DNA of 63,665 bases, filler included, from an uncultured Synergistales bacterium (lineage in GTDB: Bacteria; Synergistota; Synergistia; Synergistales; Aminobacteriaceae): the NCBI GenBank assembly GCA_937897575.1. It is 5 parts of 5 records of this genome, joined end to end, with 100 filler letters (N's around TTAATTAATTAA, not from the genome) between each part and the next. Parts side by side here need not be neighbours in the genome. Positions count along the whole stretch, not along the records: positions 33,124 to 41,661 come from CALCQG010000030.1; positions 41,762 to 62,109 come from CALCQG010000031.1; 3 more parts are not named here. One strand, given 5' to 3'. The translations under genes and the position numbers were made by a program. Below, piece after piece: positions 39,019 to 50,889 of the stretch. The notes beneath the pieces are model-generated. The model ran no database searches, was not told the DNA's origin, and saw only the letters and a list, made by a program, of their open reading frames with translations. The first letter of the stretch is position 1. Each line of letters opens with the position of its first letter.

Positions 39019-39546
39019 TTGGTCAGATGCATAGGGATCGACCCGGGGCTCGGCAGGCTCGGCTTCGGCTCCGTCGTTCAGGAGGGGCACTCCTTCCGCC
39101 TCATCTCCTTCGGGTGCGTCGAGACGTCGCCGAAGGAGAGCGTCCCGGCTCGCCTGGACGCCATCTACAGAAAGCTCGGGGAGCAGATCGAACTGTGCTC
39201 CCCTGATTTTATGGCCGTCGAGAAGCTATTCTTCGGGCGGAACATCACCACGGCGGAGTACGTGTGGCAGGCCAGAGGCGTCGTGCTGCTCCTGGCGTCC
39301 CAGTTCAACCTGCCCCTCTACGAGCCGAAGCCGTCCCAGATAAAGCTCTGCGTGTGCGGCTACGGCAACGCGCCCAAGGAGCAGCTTCAGCGGATGGTCC
39401 AGCGCCTTCTGAACCTCGACGAAGTGCCGCAACCGGACGATGCGGCCGATGCCATCGCCGCCGCTCTCACCGGGTGCACCATGCACTCGCAGGAGCGGCG
39501 GGCGGTGAACTCAGGAGGATCCCATGCTTCGGTTCCTTTCAGGTAA
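39019..39546 (+). CDS. ruvC: Holliday junction resolvase
   Basis: GIDPG, EKLFF..N, QARGV, GYGNAPK and PDDAADA motifs. Confidence 0.95.
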   Translation: MVRCIGIDPGLGRLGFGSVVQEGHSFRLISFGCVETSPKESVPARLDAIYRKLGEQIELCSPDFMAVEKLFFGRNITTAEYVWQARGVVLLLASQFNLPLYEPKPSQIKLCVCGYGNAPKEQLQRMVQRLLNLDEVPQPDDAADAIAAALTGCTMHSQERRAVNSGGSHASVPFR

Positions 39547-40129
39547 AGTGGTCTCCATCACGGAGAACTCCGTCGTCCTGGACGTCCAGGGCTTCGGGTT
39601 CGAACTCCTCTGCACGGGGAGCGCCTCCCGAACCTGCGTCGAGGGGGAGGACGCCACTCTCGTGACGTACCTCCACAGCACCGACGCCGGCCTGTCCCTC
39701 TACGGCTTTTCCAGCGAACGGGAGCGGGAGCTCTTCCTCAAGCTCACCACGGTGAAGGGCATCGGCGGCAAGACGGCCATGAGCATCCTGAAGGCGGGGA
39801 ATGCCGACCGCGTCGTGACGTGGTTCCTCTCCTCCGACGTGGAGTCCCTGTCGAAAATTCCGGGGATCGGCAAGAAGACGGCGGAGCGCCTCTGCTTCGA
39901 GATGCGCCGGCACCTCTCCGACGAGGAGTTCGCCGGGCTCTCCGACCCGCTCCACCCGGCGGGAAAGGCCGCGGACCTGGCCATGGAGGCCCTTCGGTCC
40001 CTCGGCTTCTCCCAGGGCGAGGTGGGTGCGGCGTTCCGCAGGCTGAAGGACCAGGGGGCCCTCTCCGAGGGCGAGCACTCGAACGAGGAGCTGCTCCGGC
40101 TCGCCCTCAAAGAGCTGAAGCGGAATTGA
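39524..40129 (+). CDS. ruvA: Holliday junction branch migration protein
   Basis: LYGF, VKGIGGKTA, IPGIGKKTAERL and EALRSLGF motifs. Confidence 0.95.
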   Translation: MLRFLSGKVVSITENSVVLDVQGFGFELLCTGSASRTCVEGEDATLVTYLHSTDAGLSLYGFSSERERELFLKLTTVKGIGGKTAMSILKAGNADRVVTWFLSSDVESLSKIPGIGKKTAERLCFEMRRHLSDEEFAGLSDPLHPAGKAADLAMEALRSLGFSQGEVGAAFRRLKDQGALSEGEHSNEELLRLALKELKRN

Positions 40130-40144
40130 GGCAGGTGACGGACC

Positions 40145-41188
40145 GTGTCGGACAGACCACCCCATCGCGTTTTTGACCCCGCCGTCGAGGGCGAGGACGA
40201 CAGCTCCCTGCGCCCCCTCTCTCTGGACGACTTCATCGGCCAGGGAAAGCTCAAGGAGAAGCTCTCCATTTTCATACGGGCGGCGAGACAGAGAGGGGAG
40301 TCGCTGGACCACTGCCTCTTCTACGGCCCCCCGGGCCTCGGGAAGACCACCCTGGCGAACATCATAGCCCGTGAGATGGGCGGCCAGCTTCGCGTGGCAA
40401 CGGGGCCATCCCTCGAGCGGACGGGCGACCTGGCCGCCATCCTCTCCAACCTCGAGCCGAACGACGTCCTCTTCATCGACGAGATCCACCGGATGCCCTC
40501 CAACGTGGAGGAGATCCTCTACCCCAGCATGGAGGACTTCGCCCTGCACATCATCGTGGGAAAGGGTCCGCTGGCGAACAACATCTGCCTCAACCTTCCG
40601 CGGTTCACCCTCGTGGGGGCGACGACGAGGCTCGGCCTGCTCACGTCCCCTCTCCGCGCCCGGTTCGGCATCGTGGAGCAGCTCGCCCTGTATGACGACG
40701 ATGATCTGCGCAGCATCGTGGCGCGCGGCGCCCGGGTCATGGGCGTAAAGATCCGAAAGGATGCCGCAGGCGAGATAGCCCGCCGGGCGCGCGGCACGCC
40801 GCGGGTGGCCCTCCGCCTTCTGCGCCGTGTGCGGGACGTGGCGGAGGTGCGGAACATGGCCGAGATCGACCGGGCTGTGGCCTCCGCCGCGCTGGACATG
40901 CTCGGGCTCGACGACACGGGGCTCGACGAGGGGGACCGCAGAATCCTCCGGATCCTCGTCGAACTCTTCGACGGAGGTCCTGTCGGGCTCTCCACCCTGG
41001 GCGCGGCCCTCAACGAGGAGGTCCAGACCATAGAGGACATCTTCGAGCCCTATCTCATCCAGCAGGGGCTGCTCGAACGGACGCCCAGGGGCAGGAAGGC
41101 CACGAGGAACGCCTGGCTCTACCTCGGGAAAACGCCACCCCCGGAGTCTCCGGATACCATGCAGCTGCCCATCATGGACGAGGAGTGA
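40145..41188 (+). CDS. ruvB: Holliday junction helicase
   Basis: LRP..LDDFIGQ, GPPGLGKTTLA, FIDEIHR, RGTPR and RTPRGR motifs. Confidence 0.97.
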   Translation: MSDRPPHRVFDPAVEGEDDSSLRPLSLDDFIGQGKLKEKLSIFIRAARQRGESLDHCLFYGPPGLGKTTLANIIAREMGGQLRVATGPSLERTGDLAAILSNLEPNDVLFIDEIHRMPSNVEEILYPSMEDFALHIIVGKGPLANNICLNLPRFTLVGATTRLGLLTSPLRARFGIVEQLALYDDDDLRSIVARGARVMGVKIRKDAAGEIARRARGTPRVALRLLRRVRDVAEVRNMAEIDRAVASAALDMLGLDDTGLDEGDRRILRILVELFDGGPVGLSTLGAALNEEVQTIEDIFEPYLIQQGLLERTPRGRKATRNAWLYLGKTPPPESPDTMQLPIMDEE

Positions 41189-41192
41189 CGCC

Positions 41193-41423
41193 ATGTCCCT
41201 TTCAGGTCTCGGAAAGATCCTCATTGCGGCCGGGTTGCTCCTCGCCGGGGCAGGGGCCCTTCTCCTGCTCCTCGGCAGGAGCTCCATCCCCTTCGGCCGG
41301 CTGCCCGGAGACCTCGTGGTGACGAAGAAGAACGTCACCATCTTCGCGCCCTTCACCACAATGATCATCGTGAGCGTCGTGCTCACCGTCGTGATGAACA
41401 TCCTCTCCCGGTGGATGAAATAA
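41193..41423 (+). CDS. DUF2905 family membrane protein
   Basis: GRLPGD motif between two TM helices; usual position after ruvB. Confidence 0.85.
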   Translation: MSLSGLGKILIAAGLLLAGAGALLLLLGRSSIPFGRLPGDLVVTKKNVTIFAPFTTMIIVSVVLTVVMNILSRWMK

Positions 41424-41446
41424 CTCTGTGACAGGAGGTCACCTCT

Positions 41447-41661
41447 ATGCGCTCCCTACGGTCAGTCCTGCTTCGATCGATCCTTTTCTGCCTGATCATC
41501 GCCCTGCCCGTTCCGGCCTTCGCCCGGAACGTTTCCGTGAGCATCGCGTCGGGGCGCCCGTCCCTCCTCCTCACGTCCGCGGCGTCCATCGTCGCCAAGG
41601 TTTACCGGGATCGATTGATGATGGCGTACCACGAAATATACCCGGTCTACGGCTTTGACAA
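41447..41661 (+). CDS. Chimeric contig end: signal-peptide protein start (SpoIID/LytB-like by synteny) joined in frame to an RNase HII fragment
   Basis: RBS AGGAGG and signal peptide ...PVPAFA, followed by AASIVAKVYRDRLMMAYHEIYPVYGFD, an RnhB motif. Confidence 0.6.
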
Positions 41662-41761
41662 NNNNNNNNNNNNNNNNNNNNNNNNNNNNNNNNNNNNNNN
41701 NNNNNTTAATTAATTAANNNNNNNNNNNNNNNNNNNNNNNNNNNNNNNNNNNNNNNNNNNN
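41662..41761. other. Artificial contig linker
   Basis: N44-TTAATTAATTAA-N44. Confidence 0.97.
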
Positions 41762-42587
41762 CCCCCAGGCTCCCGCCCCCAGCCCGACCACCGAGGCGCC
41801 CGTCCAGTACGCGAAATTATGTCGACAGGAGGCCCCCGGCCGGGAGAAGCTCGCGATCTCGTACTGCTCGAAGCCCTTTCTGGGCAGATACCACTGGCTC
41901 CACCGGTAGAAGGGGTACCCGTCGGGCAGGCCGCCGGGCGGCCGACTGTGCCAGAAGCAGCCCGGCTCCAGGGAGAGCTGGTAGAGGGAGAGGTGAACCG
42001 CGCCGCGGTCCAAGGTCTCCGAGAGGGAGGATGTCCAGGAGCGCAGGGTCTGGCCGGCAAGGCCGAAGATGAGGTCTGCGCTCGTGGAAAAGCCCATGTC
42101 CGCTGCCGCCGACAGGGCCCACCGCGCCCTGTCGGCGCTGTGCGGACGGTGCAGGAAGCGCAGCTCGTCGTCGGAGAAACTCTGGACACCCAGGCTGACC
42201 CTCGTCACGCCCCAGTCCTTCCACAGGGCGAGGGTTTTTTCGGTGAGAGACTCGGGGTTCGCCTCCACGGTGAACTCGGGGGCGACGGCCATGGGGACGT
42301 GCCGCCTCATGTGCGCGAGGAGGCGTTCCCACTGGTCGGGGGTGAGGACCGTCGGGGTTCCGCCTCCGATGTAGATCGTGTCCGCCCGCGCCCGTCGTCC
42401 GAGGGACGGGAGGACGGACAGCATCTCCCGCTCGAGGAGCGACAGGTACCGCTCCTCCTCCCCCCGCCTCAGGGGGAGGCTGTAGAAGGAACAGTAGGGG
42501 CACTTGCGCAGGCAGAAGGGGATGTGGACGTACAGGGAAAAGGGGCCGTCGATGGCGGCCAGGGAGGGGCGGAGAGGCTCTTCGGCG

Positions 42588-42604
<17 letters not shown>
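41762..42604 (-). CDS. hemW: Radical SAM heme chaperone HemW (HemN-like), 3'-truncated
   Basis: [42 protein letters not shown] and HNFAYW; follows lepA. Confidence 0.9.
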
Positions 42605-44402
<1,798 letters not shown>

Positions 44403-44646
44403 GAGGTCTCTCCTTCCGGCGCGATCCGTCCCCGTACTCCCCGGGACGACCGTCATTGTACCCGCTCGCCCGTGACTATGCAATCGTGCCGCAGTCGCCG
44501 GGCAGTTCACTATGGACACGGGGCACGCTCCGATTATACCCGAGGGGGTCCGCGCACTGAAACACGCGGGGCCCAAGTCTCCGGCCTCAGGCACTGAAGC
44601 CGGTTCCGAGCACGATAATTCCAGCACTTTAGCGCTCAAAAAATCA

Positions 44647-44675
44647 TTGACAATTTCGTGCCGCTGAAGAATAAT
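44647..44675 (+). promoter_or_regulatory. Putative sigma70 promoter of the pur operon
   Basis: TTGACA-17 nt-AATAAT, about 30 nt before the purC ATG (RBS GGGAGG). Confidence 0.6.
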
Positions 44676-44704
44676 GTAAGCATATTTTCCGGGAGGTGTT
44701 CCAG

Positions 44705-45421
44705 ATGGAGAAGAGGGACTTCATGTACGAGGGAAAGGCCAAACGTATGTTCACTACCGACGACCCGGCATACTGCATCGTGGAGTACAAGGATTCGCTG
44801 ACGGCGTTCAACGCCCTGAAGAAGGATTCGATCGAGGGGAAGGGGCAGCTGAACAACCTGATCAGCTCGGCGCTCTTCGAATATCTCGCGTCCAAAGGGG
44901 TCGAGACGCACTTCGTCCGGCGCCTCGACGACGTGCGCCAGCTGGTGCGGAAGGTCTCCATCGTCCCCATCGAGGTGGTGGTCCGCAACATCACCACGGG
45001 AAGCCTCTGCAAGCGCCTCGGCGTCGAGGAGAACAGAGCGCTGGCGCGGCCCCTTCTCGAGCTCTATCTGAAGGACGACGCCCTCGGCGATCCCATCATC
45101 ACCGAGGATCACGCCCTCCTCTTCGGCTGGAGCACGGAGGAGCAGCTCGCGAAGATCAAGGATGTCTCCCTCACGGTCAACACCCTTCTCACGGACTATT
45201 TCGCACACCTCGGCATCATCCTCGTCGACTTCAAGCTCGAGTTCGGCGTCGACGGCACGGGAAAACTTCTTCTCGCCGACGAGATCTCCCCCGACACCTG
45301 CCGCTTCTGGGATGCCGAGACGAAGAAAAAACTGGACAAGGACCGTTTCCGCAAGGACCTGGGCGATGTCCTCGGCGCCTATCGGGAGATATGGAGACGG
45401 GTCTCGGAGGGATCGAAATGA
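44705..45421 (+). CDS. purC: SAICAR synthetase
   Basis: [36 protein letters not shown] and DKDRFR motifs. Confidence 0.96.
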   Translation: MEKRDFMYEGKAKRMFTTDDPAYCIVEYKDSLTAFNALKKDSIEGKGQLNNLISSALFEYLASKGVETHFVRRLDDVRQLVRKVSIVPIEVVVRNITTGSLCKRLGVEENRALARPLLELYLKDDALGDPIITEDHALLFGWSTEEQLAKIKDVSLTVNTLLTDYFAHLGIILVDFKLEFGVDGTGKLLLADEISPDTCRFWDAETKKKLDKDRFRKDLGDVLGAYREIWRRVSEGSK

Positions 45422-45672
45422 CAGCCTGGCACGTGCACGTGTACATTCAGCTGAAGGATGGGGTTCTCGACACCCAGGGCAAGGCCGTGGAGCGATCGCT
45501 GCACTCTCTGGGCCACGACTCGCTTCAGGCCGTGAAGATCGGCAAGTACGTCCAGCTCTGGATAAACGCCGATTCGGAGCAGAGCGCCCGGCAGCAGGCG
45601 GTCAGGATGTGCGACGACCTCCTGGTCAACGGGATCATCGAACAGTTCAGCGTCGAAGTGGAGGGGGAATAG
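45418..45672 (+). CDS. purS: FGAM synthase subunit PurS
   Basis: LKDGVLDTQGKAV, IGK and MCDDLLVN.IIE motifs. Confidence 0.92.
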   Translation: MTAWHVHVYIQLKDGVLDTQGKAVERSLHSLGHDSLQAVKIGKYVQLWINADSEQSARQQAVRMCDDLLVNGIIEQFSVEVEGE

Positions 45673-46376
45673 TGAAGACGGCGGTCATCATCTTCCCCGG
45701 GAGCAACTGCGACCAGGACGTGCTGTACGCCGTGCGCAACACGCTGGGGACGGAGGTCCGGGCGGTATGGCACGGGGAACGGGAGATCCCCGACGGGACG
45801 GACCTCGTCATCCTGCCGGGCGGGTTTTCCTACGGCGACTATCTCCGGTGCGGCGCCATGGCCGCCCGTTCACCCGTCATGCAGGCCGTCATCGACCATG
45901 GCCGCAGGGGCGGCCTGCTGCTCGGCATATGCAACGGCTTCCAGGTCCTGACGGAGACCCGTCTTCTCCCCGGAGCGCTCCTCACCAACCGGATCCCGGC
46001 CTTCATCTGTCGCCCCTGTCTGCTTCGGGTCGAGAGCACCGCCACGCCCTTCACGTCCATGTACGCCGAGGGGCAGGTCGTGCAGTTCCCCATCGCCCAC
46101 GCCGACGGACGGTACACCCTCCCCGACGATGAGCTCAAAGCCCTCGAGGACCGCGGCGGTGTGGTCTTCCGGTACTGCGACGGGGCAGGGAACGTGACGG
46201 AGGAGTCCAATCCGAACGGGGCCATGAACGGCATCGCCGGCATCGTGAACGAAGGGGGCAACATCCTCGGCCTCATGCCGCACCCCGAGCGGGCGAGCGA
46301 GGCCATTTTGGGCGGCGTTGACGGGTGTGCCTTCTGGCGGTCCATCTTCTCCACCCTGCAGGAGAGGAGGGTCTGA
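45672..46376 (+). CDS. purQ: FGAM synthase glutaminase subunit
   Basis: GTG start; FPGSNCD, PGGFSYGDYLR, GICNGFQ and MPHPER motifs. Confidence 0.95.
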   Translation: MKTAVIIFPGSNCDQDVLYAVRNTLGTEVRAVWHGEREIPDGTDLVILPGGFSYGDYLRCGAMAARSPVMQAVIDHGRRGGLLLGICNGFQVLTETRLLPGALLTNRIPAFICRPCLLRVESTATPFTSMYAEGQVVQFPIAHADGRYTLPDDELKALEDRGGVVFRYCDGAGNVTEESNPNGAMNGIAGIVNEGGNILGLMPHPERASEAILGGVDGCAFWRSIFSTLQERRV

Positions 46377-46377
46377 G

Positions 46378-48531
46378 ATGGATTTCCGTCGATACGGCAT
46401 CCGTGAGGAGGAGTACTTGGCAGCGAGGGAGGCCCTCGGAAGAGAGCCCAACGAGTGCGAGCTCCGGATTCTCGGCGTCATGTGGTCGGAGCATTGCAGC
46501 TATAAATCGACGAAGCATCTGCTCAAACTGTTTCCGAACAAGGGGGACAAGGTGGTCCTCGGCCCGGGCGAAAACGCGGGGATCGTGGACCTGGGCGACG
46601 GCCTGGGGGCCGCCTTCAAGGTCGAAAGCCACAACCACCCCTCCGCCGTCGCACCCTACCAGGGCGCCGCGACGGGCGTGGGCGGAATCATCCGGGACAT
46701 CCTCGCCCTCGGCGCGCGGCCCGTCGCCTCCATGGACGGGCTCTTCTTCGGCGCACCCGGGCACGGCAAGACGGCTATGCTCTCCTCGGGCATCGTGCGG
46801 GGCGTGGGGGACTACGGCAACGCCGTCGGCGTCCCCACGGTGGGGGGCAAGACGGTCTACGACCCCAGCTACAACGAGAATCCCCTGCTCAACGCCTTCA
46901 ACCTCGGGCTGGTCCGGCTGGACGAGATCGTCAGCTCTCAGACGGCCAAACCGGGGCAGCTCGTCGTGCTCCTTGGCTCCAAGACCGGGCGGGACGGCAT
47001 CGCCGGGGCGGCCTTCGCCTCGGTGGAGCTGTCCGACGACGCCAAGGCCGACAGGCCGTCCATCCAGATAGGCGACCCGTTCGCCGAGAAGCTGCTCATC
47101 GAGGCGTGCCTGGAGCTCCAGGCAAAGAGGCTCATCGTCAGCATGCAGGACATGGGCGCCGCGGGCATCACGTCCTCCTCCAGCGAGGTGGCGGCGAAGA
47201 GCGGCGTGGGCATGGTGCTCGCCTTCGACAAGGTCCCCCTCCGGGCGGCGGATATGGAGCCCTGGGAGATCGCCCTGTCGGAGTCCCAGGAGCGGATGCT
47301 CCTCATCGTCGAGCCGAGGCACCTCGAGGAGGTCATGGCCGTGGCGGAGCGCTGGGAGCTGGACTGCGCCGTCATAGGCGAGACGACGGAGGGCGACGGG
47401 TACTCGATCCTGTTCCACGGGGAGGAGGTCGCCTCCTTCCCGGCGTCCCTCGTGGGCGACGGGTGTCCGCCCATTCACTGGCCCGCCCGGAAGCCCGACA
47501 ACCTCGAGAAGGGCTGGGAACTCGACGTGGAGACCCTGCCCCTGCCCGAGGATTGGAACGAAACGCTCCTGTCCCTGCTCTCCGAGCCGTCCCTTGCGTC
47601 CAAGGAGTGGATATACGACCAGTACGACTCCATGGTCCAGACGAACACCGTCCGGGGACCGGGGCACCCCGTGAGCGTCCTCAGGATCAAGGGGCGGGAG
47701 ACCCTCGTCGCCATGGTCCTCGACGCCGACCCCTGGAAGTGCGCCCTGGATCCCTTCCGGGGAGGGGCCGAGGCGGTGGCGAGGACGGTGCGGGCTCTCG
47801 CCGTGGCCGGCGCCGAACCCCTCGGCCTCACGGACTGCCTGAACTTCCCGTCGCCCGAGAACCCGGAGCAGTACTGGGTCATGATGGAGTGCATCAAGGG
47901 GATGGCGGCCTGCTGCGAGGCCCTTCAGTGCCCCGTGGTGTCCGGCAACGTGAGCCTCTACAACGAGAGCGCGGCGGGGGCCATCCTGCCCACGCCGGTG
48001 ATCGGGACCGTGGGCGTCATCCCCTCCGTCGGGCAGTTCCTCCCCTCGGGGCGGTGGCACGACGGCGACGTCCTCTTCCAGGTCGGCCCCTGCATCCCCT
48101 CCCTGGCGGGGAGTCAGTACCTGCTCATGCGAGAGGGCCGGAACAGAGGACGCCCGCTCGAGTTTCTCCCCGACGTGGAGGCCGGGTTCGTCCGGAGGGC
48201 GCTGAAGACGGCCCGGGACGGTGTGGCGTCGAGCGGACGCGCCGTCGCGGGCGGCGGGCTTGCCGTGGCCATCGCCAGAGAGGCGACGGAGAGCGGCCTT
48301 GGCGCCGTCGTCTCCTTTGAAATTCCGACGCGCCGGGACGTGCTCCTCTTCGGCGAGGGAGGGGCCAGAGCCCTCTACTCCGTCCCCATGGCGAAGGTCC
48401 CCCTCTTCAAGTCCCTGTGGCGCGGCTTTCCTCTGCTCGAACTGGGGCGGGTCCAGGGGGCGGAGCTGGAGATCAACGGCGTGATTTCGGTCCCCGTGGA
48501 CACGCTGCCCTCTCCGCGGAGGATCCGATGA
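46378..48531 (+). CDS. purL: FGAM synthase subunit PurL
   Basis: WSEHCSYKS, ESHNHPS, QDMGAAG, SESQERM and SGNVSLYNE motifs. Confidence 0.96.
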   Translation: MDFRRYGIREEEYLAAREALGREPNECELRILGVMWSEHCSYKSTKHLLKLFPNKGDKVVLGPGENAGIVDLGDGLGAAFKVESHNHPSAVAPYQGAATGVGGIIRDILALGARPVASMDGLFFGAPGHGKTAMLSSGIVRGVGDYGNAVGVPTVGGKTVYDPSYNENPLLNAFNLGLVRLDEIVSSQTAKPGQLVVLLGSKTGRDGIAGAAFASVELSDDAKADRPSIQIGDPFAEKLLIEACLELQAKRLIVSMQDMGAAGITSSSSEVAAKSGVGMVLAFDKVPLRAADMEPWEIALSESQERMLLIVEPRHLEEVMAVAERWELDCAVIGETTEGDGYSILFHGEEVASFPASLVGDGCPPIHWPARKPDNLEKGWELDVETLPLPEDWNETLLSLLSEPSLASKEWIYDQYDSMVQTNTVRGPGHPVSVLRIKGRETLVAMVLDADPWKCALDPFRGGAEAVARTVRALAVAGAEPLGLTDCLNFPSPENPEQYWVMMECIKGMAACCEALQCPVVSGNVSLYNESAAGAILPTPVIGTVGVIPSVGQFLPSGRWHDGDVLFQVGPCIPSLAGSQYLLMREGRNRGRPLEFLPDVEAGFVRRALKTARDGVASSGRAVAGGGLAVAIAREATESGLGAVVSFEIPTRRDVLLFGEGGARALYSVPMAKVPLFKSLWRGFPLLELGRVQGAELEINGVISVPVDTLPSPRRIR

Positions 48532-49907
48532 TGTGCGGTCTGTTCGGTGCCTTCTCCGCAAAGAAGCGAAATATTCTTGAGGACGTCTATCTCGGGCTGT
48601 ACGCGTTGCAACACCGGGGGCAGGAGTCCGCGGGCGTCGCGTGGACAAACGACGAGGGGCGGATCTCCTCGACGAAGGGGAGCGGGCTCGTGCACCTCGC
48701 CCTCGACCAGGAGTCCCTCGCCGGGATCGAGACGTCCTGCGCCATCGGGCACGTCCGCTACGCCACGACGGGTGCGTCGAACGACCTGACCAACGCCCAT
48801 CCCCTGACGGCGAGCACATCGAAGACCTCGCTGGCCGTCGCCCACAACGGCAACCTGACCAATGCCGAGGGCATCAAGCACTTTCTCGAGGGGCGGGGCG
48901 CCATCTTCCACTCGACCACGGACACGGAGGTGATCCTCCACCTCATGGCCCACCAGCGGCACAAACCACCCCTCGATGCGCTGATCGACTCGCTGACGAA
49001 GCTGCGGGGCGCCTACTCCCTCGTCATGATCGTGGGCGACGAGCTTGTGGCGGCGCGCGACCCCTGGGGTTTCCGCCCCCTCGTCCTCGGGCGGCGGGAC
49101 GACGTGTACTACGCCTCCTCGGAGTCCTGCGCCCTCGACCTCGTCGGAGCGACAGCCCTCCGGGAGGTCCAGCCCGGAGAGGTCGTCATCATCGGAAAAA
49201 GGGGCATGGACTCCATCCCCATTCCGATGACCGTCCGCCGGCGGTACGAGTGCTCCTTCGAATACGTCTACTTCGCCCGCCCCGACAGCGTCCTCTCCGG
49301 CCGGTCGGTCTACGAGGTCCGCAAGACCCTCGGCCGGAAGCTCGCCCGGAGCGCGCCCTGCCCTATGGCCCATATCGCCACGGGGATGCCGGACAGCGGG
49401 ACCATCGCCGCCTACGGCTTCGCCGAGGCGAGCGGCATGCCCTACGAACAGACCATCGTCCGCAACCGGTACGTGGGCCGGACGTTCATCGAGCCGACCC
49501 AGCGGGTCCGGGAGCTCGGCGTCCGCATCAAGCTCAACCCCATCACCGAGGTCATCCGGGGAAAGAATATCGCCGTGGTGGACGACTCCATCGTGCGGGG
49601 CACCACATCCCAGCGGGTGATCTCCATGATCAAGGACTGCGGGGCAAGCCAGGTGCACCTTCGTATATCGTCGCCCCCCGTCCGGTTCCCGTGCTACTAC
49701 GGCATCGACACGCCCTCCCGGGCGGAGCTCGCCGCGGCGAGGATGAACGTCAAGAAGCTCGAGCAGAAGATCGGCGCCGATTCACTCGCCTTCATCAGCG
49801 AGGAGGACCTCATCGAGAGCATCGGGCTGCCATCGGAGCAGATATGCACGGCCTGTTTCTCCGGCCAGTACATGGAGGGAGGGGAAGACAATGGGCCTGA
49901 GCTATAG
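48531..49907 (+). CDS. purF: Amidophosphoribosyltransferase
   Basis: N-terminal MCG (Ntn Cys), QHRGQE, GHVRY, HNGN, VDDSIVRGTT and CTAC. Confidence 0.96.
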   Translation: MCGLFGAFSAKKRNILEDVYLGLYALQHRGQESAGVAWTNDEGRISSTKGSGLVHLALDQESLAGIETSCAIGHVRYATTGASNDLTNAHPLTASTSKTSLAVAHNGNLTNAEGIKHFLEGRGAIFHSTTDTEVILHLMAHQRHKPPLDALIDSLTKLRGAYSLVMIVGDELVAARDPWGFRPLVLGRRDDVYYASSESCALDLVGATALREVQPGEVVIIGKRGMDSIPIPMTVRRRYECSFEYVYFARPDSVLSGRSVYEVRKTLGRKLARSAPCPMAHIATGMPDSGTIAAYGFAEASGMPYEQTIVRNRYVGRTFIEPTQRVRELGVRIKLNPITEVIRGKNIAVVDDSIVRGTTSQRVISMIKDCGASQVHLRISSPPVRFPCYYGIDTPSRAELAAARMNVKKLEQKIGADSLAFISEEDLIESIGLPSEQICTACFSGQYMEGGEDNGPEL

Positions 49908-50889
49908 GGACTCCGGGGTGGACATCCCCGAGTCCGACCGCTGGACGGAGGTCATCAAGGGGATCGTCCGGGGAATGCCGCCCTCTCCCGATGTCCTGGG
50001 CGGCATAGGGGGGTTCAGCGGGCTCTACCGCATCCCCGGCGGCCTGGTCCTGTCCGCATGCTGCGACGGCGTCGGGACGAAGATCGAGGTGGCCAAGGCG
50101 GCGCGCTGCTTCGACCACATCGGTCAGGACCTGGTGGCCATGAGCGTGAACGACCTGGTCACCAGCGGGGCGAGGCCCCTGTTCTTTCTGGACTACATCG
50201 CCTGCGGAAAACTCGTGGTGGATGTCCTCAAACCCATCGTGGAGAGCGTCGCAAGAGCGTGCGCCGAGAGCGGCTGTGCCCTCCTCGGAGGCGAGACGGC
50301 GGAGATGCCGGGGACCTATCCGCCCGACGGGCTGGACCTCGCCGGCTTCGCCGTGGGCATGGCGAAAGAGGACGAACTGATCGACGGAAGCACCATCGAA
50401 CCCGGGGACGTGGTGATCGGACTTCCGAGTTCGGGGGTCCACAGCAACGGCTTCTCGCTGGTCCGGAGGGCCCTGCTTTCGTCCGATTCGCCCCATGGCC
50501 TGTCGGACACCCCGTCGGTGCTCGGCGGTTCGACGCTGGCATCGGCGCTCCTCGCCCCCACGCGGCTCTATGTGAGACAGGCCCTCGCCGCTGCGGCGAC
50601 GGGCGTGGTGAAGGCCATGGCCCATATCACGGGGAGCGGCCTCTACGACAACATCGTCCGGGTCCTCCCCGACGGCCTGAACCTCGACCTGGACTACCAT
50701 TCCTGGCCCCGCCCGCCGATCTTCTCCCTTCTCGCCTCCCGGGGCATTGAGGAGGACGAGATGCGCCGGGTCTTCAATCTCGGGATCGGTTTCTGCTTCG
50801 TCGTCGCCCCGTCGGACGCCGAGGCGTTCCTCGCCGCGCTGAAAAGCCGGGGAGAAGAGGGGCGCATCATAGGAGCGGTGCGCTCATGA
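49891..50889 (+). CDS. purM: AIR synthetase
   Basis: DGVGTK, DLVAMSVND, GGETAEMP, HSNGFSL and AHITG motifs. Confidence 0.96.
   Translation: MGLSYRDSGVDIPESDRWTEVIKGIVRGMPPSPDVLGGIGGFSGLYRIPGGLVLSACCDGVGTKIEVAKAARCFDHIGQDLVAMSVNDLVTSGARPLFFLDYIACGKLVVDVLKPIVESVARACAESGCALLGGETAEMPGTYPPDGLDLAGFAVGMAKEDELIDGSTIEPGDVVIGLPSSGVHSNGFSLVRRALLSSDSPHGLSDTPSVLGGSTLASALLAPTRLYVRQALAAAATGVVKAMAHITGSGLYDNIVRVLPDGLNLDLDYHSWPRPPIFSLLASRGIEEDEMRRVFNLGIGFCFVVAPSDAEAFLAALKSRGEEGRIIGAVRS

Noticed and set aside
44468..44505. CGTGACT...GCCGGGCA resembling a ZTP (pfl) riboswitch near the pur operon
   Set aside because: The elements are too close together and pair with each other, the rest of the consensus is missing, and the site is upstream of the pur promoter. 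No purine riboswitch pattern was seen either.
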